NCBI RefSeq assembly: GCF_001194135.2
Contig: NC_068985.1
Span: 60,334,615 to 60,398,614 of the forward strand
DNA length: 64,000 nt
Direction of reading: 5' to 3'
Origin: Octopus bimaculoides
Lineage: Eukaryota
Of the stretch, positions 25,601 through 38,660 are shown piece after piece. Under the pieces are notes generated by a model, which did not search any database, was not told the DNA's origin, and saw only the letters and a list, made by a program, of their open reading frames with translations. The translations under genes and the position numbers were made by a program. How positions within the stretch are numbered: position 1 is the stretch's first letter; every line of letters begins with the position of its first letter.

Positions 25601-26123
25601 CAAAAGACGCCATGACAATGTAGCAAGAATGATCCATTGGAAGCTCTGTGGAAACCACGGCCTACAAAGAGCAAAGACGTGGTATGAGCAAACCTGAGAA
25701 GGAGTCACCTAAAATGAGAATTGCAAAATCCTGTGGGACACAATGATCCAGTGGGATCATCCAGCCAGACATTGGAAACTGGACATTGTTGTGATGAATA
25801 AAAAAGGAAAGAACATGCCCTGGTGACAACAGAGTCAATGTGAAAGAAGAAGAAAAAAATAAACAACTATGATGATTTGAAGTGGGAAATTTGAAGGTCG
25901 TGGTCAATGAGGAAAGTAGACGTGATACCGGTAGTAACTTATGCACTTGGAATTATCAGCACTCAACTTCCAGCATGGCTGAAAAAGATTGGTGCAAGTG
26001 TGACGGTAGAATAACTACAAAAATCAGCATTGCTTGAAGATAAACAAGTGTCACCTTAATCTGCTGGCTGTGGACAGCTAACACCTTCCATCATACCCAG
26101 CAAAATAAGCTGTGAGGTTACAT
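25601..26123 (+). mobile_element. Decayed R4/Dong-type RLE C-terminal fragment
   Basis: HDNVARMIHWKLCGNHGLQRAKTWYEQ...CKILWD...DIVVMNK, flanked by (AAT)n on both sides. Confidence 0.75.
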
Positions 26124-28055
26124 ATAATAATAATGATAATCCTTTCTACTAAAGGCAAAAGGCTTAAAAATAATAATGATAATAATAACAACAACAATAA
26201 TTTATCTTTACTGGTAGCAAGGCCTTAAAGATACAATGCAGAACATGCTATACGAAAGGGAGTTACAAAACATGTGGAGATGTAGTCACACATACACACA
26301 CACAATGAAGGGTGCACAAGTGTAATACATGATCATCTTTTTTTATAAAAACAAAACAAAAACAAATACAAATACGTAGAAATAATGGTAACTGGCACCT
26401 CCAAGGAAGAAGAATTACCCTGGAGACAAGAGCAGGGCACCCACAACTTTATCCACTTTCCAGCCTGATTAACCTTACAAACTAAATTCTCCAAAATTAC
26501 TTGTGATCATTTTCAGTCTTAACCAAGCAGTAATAGTGTTCCCCCACCCACTCACTTTCTCAGCTGATGTATTCTTTATATACTCTTTATCATCTAAAAA
26601 ATGCATGGTATTCATCTTTCAACTCCTCCTCAACTCCAGCTCAGTGTAAAAATCTGTTAGAATAAGTTGGCTAATATTCTCATTTCATATAAAGTCATGG
26701 GAATAGGCTCCTCTTCAGGTGAAATGTCTAATCTATTTGTTGTTTTTATCAGGAATCACTCTTTGCATCTTTTTCTTTTCTTTTCTTATTGGGTTCCTAC
26801 ACTTCCTCCAATTCCATCTCCTCCACATCATCACAAGGCAATGAAGTGGTACTGCAGTATGAGCCCTGGCTGGTACTGCAGTATGAACCATTGTGTATTC
26901 CAGCAATATGAGCCTCCAGATGGTATTATAGCTGATATAATAGGCTGCTGAGTTGTAATGTAGTATAAGCCTTTAAGTAGTACTGCAGTATGATCTTGTG
27001 TTAGATGAAGAAAGCTATCAGCTTCTCAGTTTTGTCATACTATTCTTATGTTAAAGTACACTGGCCACAAACTCATTTTACTTGTCTGTATTATATGTAT
27101 GACCACCTGTGATGTGCTACAAACAATAGTAACAGCCACAATGGTCTTCACTTGCCTCAATTATTGTTATTGCTGTCTCTGCTACCCTCCATCATCCTCT
27201 TTTCCTTCTGTTTTTCCTCTTCATTTGAGCAGAAGGCCCTCAAGTGGCATTTATGTCCACAAATGTAACAAATAGACCTTCTGTCCCCACAACACTTATC
27301 TGGCGGGATTTTTTCCTCACCACCTCAATAATTCCAGAATAGATTTACAATCTTCAAAGGTTGTTTGGACCTGATTGTCTCAACAGACCCCAGTACTTGA
27401 CTGATACTTTATTTTATGAACCCTTAAGGGATGAAAGCTGAAGTTGACCATGATGTGCTTTGAACTCAGGACATTGATGAAGATTTCTATCATAGGAATA
27501 AGGCCACAAATTTAGGCTGAGTTGTTAGTCAGTTAAATACACCGCAGTACTTGACTGGAACATAATTGATTCTGGAAGAATCAATGGCAAAAATTAGCAT
27601 CAGTAGGATTTGAACTCAGAATGTAGAGTGGGTGGAAATGCTGTAAAGTATTTTATCCAATGCACCAAACTGGAAATTATGATATCTAACTGAAAAATAA
27701 AGATTTCAAGCATCATGACAATATTAGCTTTAAAAAAATTATTTTAGAGGACAATGAAATTTGGAAAAAAAAAAAAATCATAAAAGTGAAAAATCAATTT
27801 TTGATCGAATTAAATGATTATCTAAGCAGATAGAATTTGTATTGATTGGAATTTTTAGAAGAGAAAATACTTCATGAATATAATAATAGCAAGGATAACA
27901 TCAAAATCTCCCAAAATATTTTAATAATCTTATATATAAACTATGGCAGTAATAATGTGTTCATAACCTGGGACCATATTTAGAGAAAGAATTACCACAG
28001 ATTAGGATTGAGACAAGGAAGAAGGAATACAAGAGGAACCCATCANNNNNNNNNN

Positions 28056-28099
<44 letters not shown>

Positions 28100-28636
28100 T
28101 ATTTAACAGAAGTAACAGAGTGATTCTGTTACTTCTACTAAATATTCTATCTTTCCTGTTTGCATTGACAAACATATATATTTATTTATTTATTTAATTT
28201 TACTTATTTATATTCCTAATTCAAAATTTTTTCTTTTAACTTTTAGAGAGTTTTAAATGAAGCAATCATCATATACGCATGCAATGGAAGCAGCTTTACT
28301 GTAAAATTTTTATATGACATAGCATATGTGCATCATTGAAAATCCAGAAGCTGCAGTTTTCGTTCAGGAAAATATCCCTTTATAGACATATTGTGTCAAA
28401 AAATTCCGTTGCATAATTTGAATTTTATTCAGCCTAAGTGGCATCATTGCACACTTTTATATATATTTAGAACTGGCCAAGCTGACTTTGTTTCAGAAGT
28501 GACTCCATTATGTGACATTGGCAAGCTGCAAAAATGATGAAATATGTATCTGTTGCTCTCATGATCATTTCCAAAGTGATATTGAATTTTTCAGCAGAAT
28601 ACACCTATAAAGGGATTTTTTCCCAGATGAAAAATA

Positions 28637-31400
28637 TCATCATCATCAGTGTTAAACATCCACTTTCCCTGCTGGCATGGGTTGGACAGTTTGACTGAGG
28701 ACCGGCATACCAGGAGGCTGCATCAGGCTCCAATCTGATCTGGTAAAGTTTCTACAGCTAGATGCCATTCCTAACGCCAACCACTCTGAGAATGTAATGG
28801 GTACTTTTTATATGCCACCAGCATGGGAGCCAGTCAGGTGGCACTGGCATCAACTATGCTCGAATGGTGCTTTTTACATGCCGTCAGCATGGGAGCCAGT
28901 CAGGTGGCATTGGCATCGACCACGCTTGAATGGTACTTTTTACATGTCACTGGCATGGGTGCCAGTCAGGTGGCACTGGCATCAGCCACGACTACGACTA
29001 CGACTACGATTTCACTTGACTCAACAGGTCTTTTCAAGCAGAACATATTACCCAACGATTGAAGGGTGCTTTTAAACGGGCTGGTTCTGCAACACTGGCA
29101 TTGACCATGACTACGATCTCACTTGACTTGCCAGGTCATCTCTGTCACAGTATATTTTCAAAGGTCTCGGATGCTTGTCATTGCCTTTGTGAGGCACAAC
29201 GTTTGAAGGTTGTGCTTCTCTATCTCATCCCATGTCTTCCTGGGTCTACCTCTTCCACAGGTTCCTTCCACCATTAGGGTGTGACACTTCTTCACACAAC
29301 TGTTCTCATCTATACATGACCATACCAGCGGAGTCATCCCTACTACACACCACATGTGATGCTTTTTATGTCCAACTTTTCTCTCAGGGTGCTTACACTC
29401 TGTCATATATGCACACTGACATTACACATCCAGCAAAGCATACTACCTTCATTTCTTTGAAGCCTATGCATGTCCTCAGCAGTCACAGCTTATGTTTCAT
29501 TGCCATGTAACATGGCTGTTCACACACATGCATCATACAGTCTACCTTTCACTCTGAGTGAGAGGCCTCTTGTTAGCAGCAGAGATAGGAGCTCCCTGAA
29601 CTTTGCCTAAGCTATTCTTATTCTAGCAGCCACCCGCCACTACTGACTTGGTCACCTAAGGAACAGAAGCTGTCAACTACTTTTAGTTTCTTCCCCTGGC
29701 ATGTGATGGCATCTGTTTTCTGTATATCTTTGGTGTTTATTGCCCCCTGTGCATCTGCTATACACAAAATCTATCTTCCCAGTTAACCTTCTTTTGATAT
29801 TGCTGCACCTCTTATGTGTCCATAGCTTACACCAGGTACATCTTATGGAGTTTCTGCCTATGCCTTTTCTACAGGTCGAACAAGGTCATCTACCTGAAGG
29901 GGTTTGTGATTCGTCTGCCTTCCTACTTACTAAGACTTTGGTTTTTGCTTGATTGACTCTAATTCTAAACTTTGCTTCTACATCTAGAACTTCTCTAACT
30001 CTGGTAGTGACTCAGCTACTAGGGCAAGGTCAAAGCATAGAGGAGCTCTCAGGGGCAGCATGTCTTGAATTCCTCTGTTATTGCCTGGTGGACTATGATG
30101 AATAAAAGGGGGTTGAGGACTAATCCTTGGTGAACCCATACTTCTACCCAGAATTCTTCACTATACTTGTTGCCAACCCTAACTTTACTGACAGCATCCC
30201 TGTACAGGGCTTGAATAGCTCTCACCAAGCACTCGTCTATCCCTATTTTCTGCATTGACCACCAGATAAGGGATCAGGGGACCTTGTCAAAGGCTTTCTC
30301 CATGTCAACAAAGGCCAAGTTCAGATGTTTATCTTTGGCTAAGAATTTCTCCTGAAGCTGTCTTAACGGAAATATAGTATCAGTGGTGCTTCTCTCTAGC
30401 ACAAACTCAAACTGCATCTCATCTAAACTAACTCTCTCCCTAATTAATTGGGCTATGACCCTCTCCATGATTTTCATCACCTGGGCAGCCATTTAACCCA
30501 TATCCTGAAATCACTAACTACTAACCTATCTTGTGGGATGCGTTCTTCACCTGGGAAAGTTTTGGCATTTATAAGTAGCCATCTTTCCTATTTCCTGGTG
30601 ACAATGTAGTCAATCTGACTAGTGTGCCCACCTGACTGGTAGGTGAACAGCTGACTGGCAGGTTTCCTGAAGTTAGTATTACAGATCATAAAATCATTTG
30701 CATCACAGAACTCCAGCAGCTTGGTTCATTGCGGGAACCAAATCCGTTGCCACCATGGAATCTCCCTGAAGTTGCCAGCCACAAAGAGAAGGTACCTGTC
30801 ATTCATCAATGAGGTAGTCTGCAAGAAGGTGTCATAAAATCGGTCTTTCTATTCATCAGGTAGCTCTAGCTGAGGAGCATAAGCTGAGATATTGTTGCAG
30901 CACTAGTCTAAGCTTGAATATTCTATCACAGACTCTGACTACACTGATTACTTTATCAACCCATTTCTCCGCAAGGAGTATACCCATGCCCCCAACCCCA
31001 GTGTTCCCTACCCAGAAAATCTTATACCTATGTTCTTTGCCTGTGAGGAAACTAGCAGAACTTCCTCTCCATCTTACTTCTTGGATGCAGCACAAATCTA
31101 CATGTCTCCGTTCAAGCATCTCAACAATCTCACCAGACATACCTTTCAATGTGCCAACATTAAGTGTGCCAACATTAAGTGTGCCAACATTAAGTGTGCC
31201 AACATTAAGTGTGCCAACTTTGAGGATGTGGAAGGTGTGGGCCAGCAAGACCCTGAGATGGGGGATGGCAGCATTATGCATGTGAAAAGACAGCTCGCAT
31301 ATGGCGGATCTCATAAACATACAAATAGCCTTCAACCTGCATACACTACACCATCATTTTATTCATTACATAATCAATATTTTCTACAGGAGATAGACAC
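28637..31400 (-). mobile_element. Near-complete decayed RTE LINE (EN, RT, C-terminus, repeat-bearing 3' UTR)
   Basis: EN (VGTLKGMSGEIVEMLERR), RT (LAFVDMEKAFDKVP; VHQGLVLNPLLFII), C-terminus GRGRPRKTW, ~52-bp UTR repeats, and the (CAT)n tail at 28637. Confidence 0.9.
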
Positions 31401-31529
31401 TAGATAGGGATGGAGAGGGGAAAGCATTCTGTATAGTAAGCCGTTAGAGGTGCTGAGGAGAAAGACAACCTGTAGAGGTCAGAGGATAAAGACTTCCGGT
31501 ATAAGTGGTGGGATGGGCGGGTGCACCGC

Positions 31530-33450
31530 AAATAGCAAAGCACTGTGTCAGCCCTATTCCCTAGCAGAAGCTGAGACAAAGGTAGCTAATCAATATAGAA
31601 AAAGCAAGTGGTTAACGAAAATGAGGGAGAGCGGTAAAAATTTACCAGAATTAGGGCTGATTGAAAACAAACATGAAGAGATGGAATTTTTGAGATTTAG
31701 AGCAAAAGTAGATAAACATTTACATTCTTAACATTAACTCCAGCTATGACAATAACCTACAGTATGAAAAATAAGATCTATTTTGTAATGTGATATAATA
31801 TTGTTTCACTTTTATACTTTCAATTTTAGTTCAAATGCGATAACACTAAGATCATCTTATTTTACACAGCAGTTGCAAGGTTGCAAGGTATTTACAGTTA
31901 CACGTGTATGTGTCTGAGTGTGTGTGTTTCTGCGTTAGATATGTTATTCAACATACATCTACACTTTCATATACACATGTGACAACTGACATGCGTGAAT
32001 ACATGTCATTTTGTTTTCATTTTGATTATAACATTACTACATACATTTCAATTAAAACAATATTACATACATACAACTGCTTACAAAAATAGAGATTAAT
32101 GTATATTTTTTTTCTATGTTCATAATTTTTTGTTTAAAATAGTGAATTTTAGAAGTTTAAAATAGTGAAAAAAATATGCCACCAAAGAAAAAACGTAATC
32201 TCTTCAGAAATACTTATAAAGCACGGAGGAGTGCAGAAAACCACAGGCAAGAATCTCAAGAGATAAGAGACATGAGACTTTCTCAAAATCAGCAAAGGCA
32301 GACTGCAGCATGTCAGATGGAGTCTCAATACAGAAGGAACATGACCCTTTCCAAAGATCCCCAAACGCATGCTGCAGCATGTCAAATATAGTCACAAGAG
32401 AGAAAGGAGAGGAGGCTTTCTCAACATCAGCAAAGGCATGCTGCAGAATGTCTGGAGTCCCAAGACAGAAGGGAGATGAGATTTTCTTGAGATCAGCAAA
32501 GACATGCTGCAGCACATCAGATGGAGTCTCAAGAGAGACTGTAAAATGAGGTTTAGATGTATGTTAGGTTGGAAACAAGAGTTGCTTATCTGAACATTTT
32601 CTCCTTATCTGATTCCCATTTTGTGAGGCATAGTTGTAAATATGGGGTAGAGAATTTATATAGTGTGGGGGTGGAGGAAGTGGAAGTAATATCCTCATGC
32701 CAGCGAAAGAACAGTGAATGACAAAGCACTGTCAGCTCTATTTGCTAGCAGAAGCCAAGACAAAGCTAGCTGCTAATGAATTAACAATGAACACGAGAAA
32801 AGCAAGCAGTTAATGAAACAGAGAGGGAGAGCGGTGAAAATTTTACCAGAATTAGGACTGATCAAAAACAAACATGAAGAGATGGAGGTTTTGAGATTTA
32901 GTGTAAGAGTAAATGAACATTTGCATTCTTAACTTTAACTATAGCGATAACTATAACATACAGCCAAACTTTGTGACAAAAATAGAGAAATGAATGAATA
33001 ACAATATCAATAATAATAATTATAATGAACATTATGGTGAGAGAATTGAATAGAATTGACCAAAGGGTTTCTTAAGTTTACTATAACATACAGCATGAAA
33101 TAAACGAAGTTGTGTGGGTACATAAATAAATTAATGAATAATAATAGTAATTATAATTTGCACTGTGAAATTAGGTTTCGATGTGTGCTAGGTTGGAAAC
33201 AAGAGTTGCTTATCTGAACATTTTCTATTTTTCTGATTTCCCCTTTGTGAAGCAAAGTTGCAAATATGCGGTAGAGAATCTGAAGGGAGCTAATTTATTA
33301 GGGTGGGGGTGGGGGAAGCAGAAGTAATATCCTCGTGTTGGCCAAAGAATGGTGAATGGCAAAGCACTGTCAGCTCTGTTCCCTAGCAGAAACTGAGACA
33401 AAGCTAGCTGCTAATTAACTAACAATTAACATGGGACTAACAAGCTTTTA
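31530..33450 (+). mobile_element. Helitron-like non-autonomous tandem-repeat block with RepHel-like N-terminal ORF
   Basis: Recurrent ~240-bp and ~190-bp modules (31536, 32720, 33360; 32545, 33170). The ORF at 32176, MPPKKKRNLFRNTYKARR..., has ~69-bp charged repeats like those at RepHel N-termini. Confidence 0.5.
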
Positions 33451-33774
33451 GATTTTCAATAACACATGGACGCACACACATGTCATCATTGTCTTACCCA
33501 TCATATGCATGGTGAACAGTGGGAACCAAAATGCTGGCTTACATAATTCTTCTTAATATGTTCCAGGAGATTCAAGCATGAATATGTTAAGCATTGTTGT
33601 GTTCTGTCACAAGAGAACAACTCTTTTATAGCAATTAGATGCTCATAACAAACTTGATTCATTAGTGTAAAGGATTTTGGGGCATCCAATGTTTTGACTT
33701 TTTTGTGTCATGTTGAATGTTTATATATGTACATATATAAACATATACACATATACATACATACACTAAGAAAT

Positions 33775-34590
33775 ATATCATCATCGTCGTCGTCATTTAA
33801 CGTCCACTTTCCATGCTGGCATGGGTTGGATGGTTTGACTGAGGGCTGGCAAGCCGAAGGCTGCACCAGGCATCTGATCTGGCAATGTTTCTACAGCTGG
33901 AAGCCCTTCCTAATGCCTACCACTCTGAGAGTGTAGTGGGTGCCTTTTACGTACTACCAGCATGAGGGCCAGTCAGGCGGTACTGGCACTGGCCATGTTT
34001 GAATAGTGCTTTTTACGTGCCACAAGCACAGGAGCCAGTCAGGCGGCGCTGGCATCGACCATGCTCGAATGGTGCTTTTTATGTGCCACCATCATGGGAC
34101 CAGTCAGTTGGCACTGGCATCGACCATGCTTGAATGGTGCTTTTAATGTTCCACTGGCACAGGTGCCAATCGGGTGGTACTACCATCAGTCACAGCAATG
34201 ACTTCACTTGCCTCAACAGCTCTTCGCAAGCACAGTTTATTGCCCAATCATTGAACGGTACTCTTAAATGGGCTGGTTATGCTGCACAGTTACGGTCTCA
34301 CTTAGCTTGCCAGGTTTTCTCAAGCACAGCACATCTCCAAAGGCCTCGGTCACTTGTCATCGCCTCGGTGAGGCCCAACGTTTGAAGGTCATGCTTCACC
34401 ACCTCATCCCAGGTCTTCCTAGGTCTACCTCTTCCACAAGTTCCCTCTACTGCTAGGGTGAGATAACTTTTCACACAGTTGTCCTCATCCGTATGCAACA
34501 CATGACCATACCAGTGCAGTTGTCTCTCTGGGATGGTCATGTGTTGCGTATGGATGAGGACAGCTGCATGAAAAAGTGCGACACCCTAGC
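33775..34590 (-). mobile_element. 5'-truncated RTE LINE 3' end with 5' fold-back
   Basis: RQLHWYGHVL...GRGRPRKTWDEVV...LEKTWQAK*, followed by UTR repeats and the (GAT)n tail. There is an inverted duplicate at 34533-34574. Confidence 0.85.
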
Positions 34591-34759
34591 GTATGAATGT
34601 CTATGTATACATGACGTACTCGCGTTGCTGTTTTTTCGTGTTTTTTCTTGCTTGTTCATGTTCGGATTGACTATATTTATATATATATATATATATACAC
34701 GCACACAGAGAAAAAGATAGATTGATAGATACAACTCAGTGGGCAAGCAAAAATATGAG

Positions 34760-35556
34760 ACACTGCCTAGTGCTCTTTAATATTTTAAAAAATCTTGGTA
34801 TTTATTCTATCTTCTTGTGAAACCAGTAAGTTATGGGGATATAAATAAACGAACAGCAGTTGTGAAGCAGTGATGAGAGAAAAACACAGAGACAAAGTCA
34901 CACACATACACTTACATACAGACATACATATATNNNNNNNNNNNNNNNNNNNNNNNNNNNNNNNNNNNNNNNNNNNNNNNNNNNNNNNNNNNNNNNNNNN
35001 NNNNNNNNNNNNNNNNNNNNNNNNNNNNNNNNNNNNNNNNNNNNNNNNNNNNNNNNNNNNNNNNNNNNNNNNNNNNNNNNNNNNNNNNNNNNNNNNNNNN
35101 NNNNNNNNNNNNNNNNNNNNNNNNNNNNNNNNNNNNNNNNNNNNNNNNNNNNNNNNNNNNNNNNNNNNNNNNNNNNNNNNNNNNNNNNNNNNNNNNNNNN
35201 NNNNNNNNNNNNNNNNNNNNNNNNNNNNNNNNNNNNNNNNNNNNNNNNNNNNNNNNNNNNNNNNNNNNNNNNNNNNNNNNNNNNNNNNNNNNNNNNNNNN
35301 NNNNNNNNNNNNNNNNNNNNNNNNNNNNNNNNNNNNNNNNNNNNNNNNNNNNNNNNNNNNNNNNNNNNNNNNNNNNNNNNNNNNNNNNNNNNNNNNNNNN
35401 NNNNNNNNNNNNNNNNNNNNNNNNNNNNNNNNNNNNNNNNNNNNNNNNNNNNNNNNNNNNNNNNNNNNNNNNNNNNNNNNNNNNNNNNNNAGTGGGACTG
35501 AACCCAGGACCATGTGTTTTGGAACCAAGTTTCTTACCACACAGCCACACCTGCGC

Positions 35557-35560
<4 letters not shown>
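34760..35560 (-). mobile_element. SINE family B spanning a gap
   Basis: The head (reverse complement ...CTTACCACACAGCCACACCTGCGCCT) is at ~35490-35560 and the 3' part at ~34760-34910. Confidence 0.7.
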
Positions 35561-35591
<31 letters not shown>

Positions 35592-37097
35592 GGTGTACAT
35601 ATGTATGCATGTATATATGTGTATATATATGTGTACATATTACATATACATCTATATATTTACATCTACACATATACATGTATACATATACATCTATATT
35701 TATATATATACATCTATATATATACATCTATATATATACATCTATACATATACATCTATACATATACAGTTATACATATACATGTATACATATACATCTA
35801 TATACATATACATCTATATATATATATGTATATATATACATCTATATATATACATGTACATATATATACATCTATATATATATACATTTGTGCAGATGTA
35901 TACATATATATACACAATATATATATATATTATATATATGAATGTATGTATGTATGCCTATATATATGTGAGATAATAGTTTCACTTTAATAGTTTCAGT
36001 ATTAAAGTGAAACTATTAAAGTGAAAATATCTGACATTAGAATAGAAAGATATTATTGTTTCACTTTTGACACGTAATACTGAAANNNNNNNNNNNNNNN
36101 NNNNNNNNNNNNNNNNNNNNNNNNNNNNNNNNNNNNNNNNNNNNNNNNNNNNNNNNNNNNNNNNNNNNNNNNNNNNNNNNNNNNNNNNNNNNNNNNNNNN
36201 NNNNNNNNNNNNNNNNNNNNNNNNNNNNNNNNNNNNNNNNNNNNNNNNNNNNNNNNNNNNNNNNNNNNNNNNNNNNNNNNNNNNNNNNNNNNNNNNNNNN
36301 NNNNNNNNNNNNNNNNNNNNNNNNNNNNNNNNNNNNNNNNNNNNNNNNNNNNNNNNNNNNNNNNNNNNNNNNNNNNNNNNNNNNNNNNNNNNNNNNNNNN
36401 NNNNNNNNNNNNNNNNNNNNNNNNNNNNNNNNNNNNNNNNNNNNNNNNNNNNNNNNNNNNNNNNNNNNNNNNNNNNNNNNNNNNNNNNNNNNNNNNNNNN
36501 NNNNNNNNNNNNNNNNNNNNNNNNNNNNNNNNNNNNNNNNNNNNNNNNNNNNNNNNNNNNNNNNNNNNNNNNNNNNNNNNNNNNNNNNNNNNNNNNNNNN
36601 NNNNNNNNNNNNNNNNNNNNNNNNNNNNNNNNNNNNNNNNNNNNNNNNNNNNNNNNNNNNNNNNNNNNNNNNNNNNNNNNNNNNNNNNNNNNNNNNNNNN
36701 NNNNNNNNNNNNNNNNNNNNNNNNNNNNNNNNNNNNNNNNNNNNNNNNNNNNNNNNNNNNNNNNNNNNNNNNNNNNNNNNNNNNNNNNNNNNNNNNNNNN
36801 NNNNNNNNNNNNNNNNNNNNNNNNNNNNNNNNNNNNNNNNNNNNNNNNNNNNNNNNNNNNNNNNNNNNNNNNNNNNNNNNNNNNNNNNNNNNNNNNNNNN
36901 NNNNNNNNNNNNNNNNNNNNNNNNNNNNNNNNNNNNNNNNNNNNNNNNNNNNNNNNNNNNNNNNNNNNNNNNNNNNNNNNNNNNNNNNNNNNNNNNNNAT
37001 ATATATACATCTATATATATACATCTATACATATACATCTATACATATACAGTTATACATATACATGTATACATATACATCTATATACATATACATC

Positions 37098-37129
<32 letters not shown>

Positions 37130-37137
37130 AAATTATT

Positions 37138-37470
37138 CAAAGGACATACTGAGTATGTCTACCTGCTGGAAATAACAGGTAAAACTCTTATTTAAATCAC
37201 CAAAATACACTGATAATAACTACAGAAATCAACCTTCTGAAGGCAATTGTGCTAAGACAATCTCTCAGCATACATTCAAGTATTTGGACTCAGCCAGTCC
37301 TGAAACCATTCCACATGAGTCCAAATACTTGAAGGTATGCTTAGAGATTGTCTTAGCCAGTTTGCCTTTGGACGGTTGATTTCTGCAGTTATTAGCAGTG
37401 TATTTTGACGATTTAAATAAGAGTTTTGACAGTTATTTCCAGCAGGTGGACATACTAAGTATGTCCTTTG
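37138..37470. mobile_element. Fold-back (fully palindromic) MITE
   Basis: ~155-bp imperfect arms CAAAGGACATACT...TTGGACTCA / TGAGTCCAA...AGTATGTCCTTTG around a ~20-nt spacer. Confidence 0.8.
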
Positions 37471-38284
37471 ATTAATTGTAATCCATCAGCTATTTAATGC
37501 CTTTTTTGGAACTGCAATCACCTATATTATTGATTCTGTTGTTATCATTTTTTAATTGTTACACTAGATAATAGTAGAATCGATGATATCTTTGCAAATT
37601 ATTTTCTTGTGAATTATTTGCTCCGTATTGAAATATACATATACATATATATATAATTTATGCTTGCATGTAGGTAAATGTGCATGAATGTATGTATGAA
37701 TGTATGTATGTATGCATGTATGTATGTAAGTATGTATGTATGTATGTATGCATGTATGTATGCATATGTGTGTTTTGGTTGCAAGAGGCAAACAAAATTA
37801 TTTTTTATTTCACACATGCACCCTGTTCTCATACACATATTTATGCACACACACACATATCTATTCATGCTCATGAACACACATGCACTCCACCACACAC
37901 ATATGCACATGCATGCATGCACACACACACACACACATGATTATTGGAAGACCAGACCAGAACCTAGAAGAAACTGGTAAACTAAATCTGATGAATCATT
38001 GAAGAATAATGGAAAGAAGGTGGGAGAGGATGAAGTTGCAGATTGCAGTGTTGGGTGGTGGTGGTGGTGGGATGCTGATAGTGGTAGTGGCGGGGTGGGA
38101 GGTTGATGGTGATGATGGTGGTGGGAGGTTGATTGCAGTGTTGGTAGGAGGTTGATGGTGGTGGTAGTTGAATCCTGGAGATGGTAGTTGCATCCTGAAT
38201 GCTGTTTGTCAACACCTGGAACATTCCAGAACATTCTCAGATCAGGGTGATCATTCTAAATATATTGAAGAATTAAAGATAGAA

Positions 38285-38300
38285 TGATAGATAGATAGAC

Positions 38301-38381
<81 letters not shown>

Positions 38382-38660
38382 GATAGATAGACAGACAGAC
38401 ATATACATAGACAGATAGATGTAGGAAGATAGATAATTAGATAGATAGATAGATATAGAGAGGCAGATTGATAGAGAGAAATAGACAGACAGATAGATAG
38501 ATAGATAGATAGATCAACAGATATAGTTCAATTGATAGATAGATAGATAGACATAGACGATAGGTAAATAGATAGATAGAGGGATAGATATAGATAGACT
38601 GATCACAAACAGACAGATAAATAGACAGACAGACAGAAAGATAGATAGATAGATAGACAG
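38285..38660. repeat. (GATA)n/(GACA)n microsatellite
   Basis: Directly visible tetranucleotide tract. Confidence 0.95.

Noticed and set aside
28780-29000. CRISPR-like repeat array
   Set aside because: These are contiguous tandem units with no unique spacers, inside a LINE 3' UTR of a eukaryote, and there are no cas genes.
35720-37125. Near-identical TACATC-type block on both sides of a ~900-N gap
   Set aside because: Most likely a collapsed or duplicated low-complexity satellite at a scaffold join.
37941-38234. His/Pro/Thr-rich ORFs
   Set aside because: They derive from a degenerate (GGT)n/(GAT)n tract.
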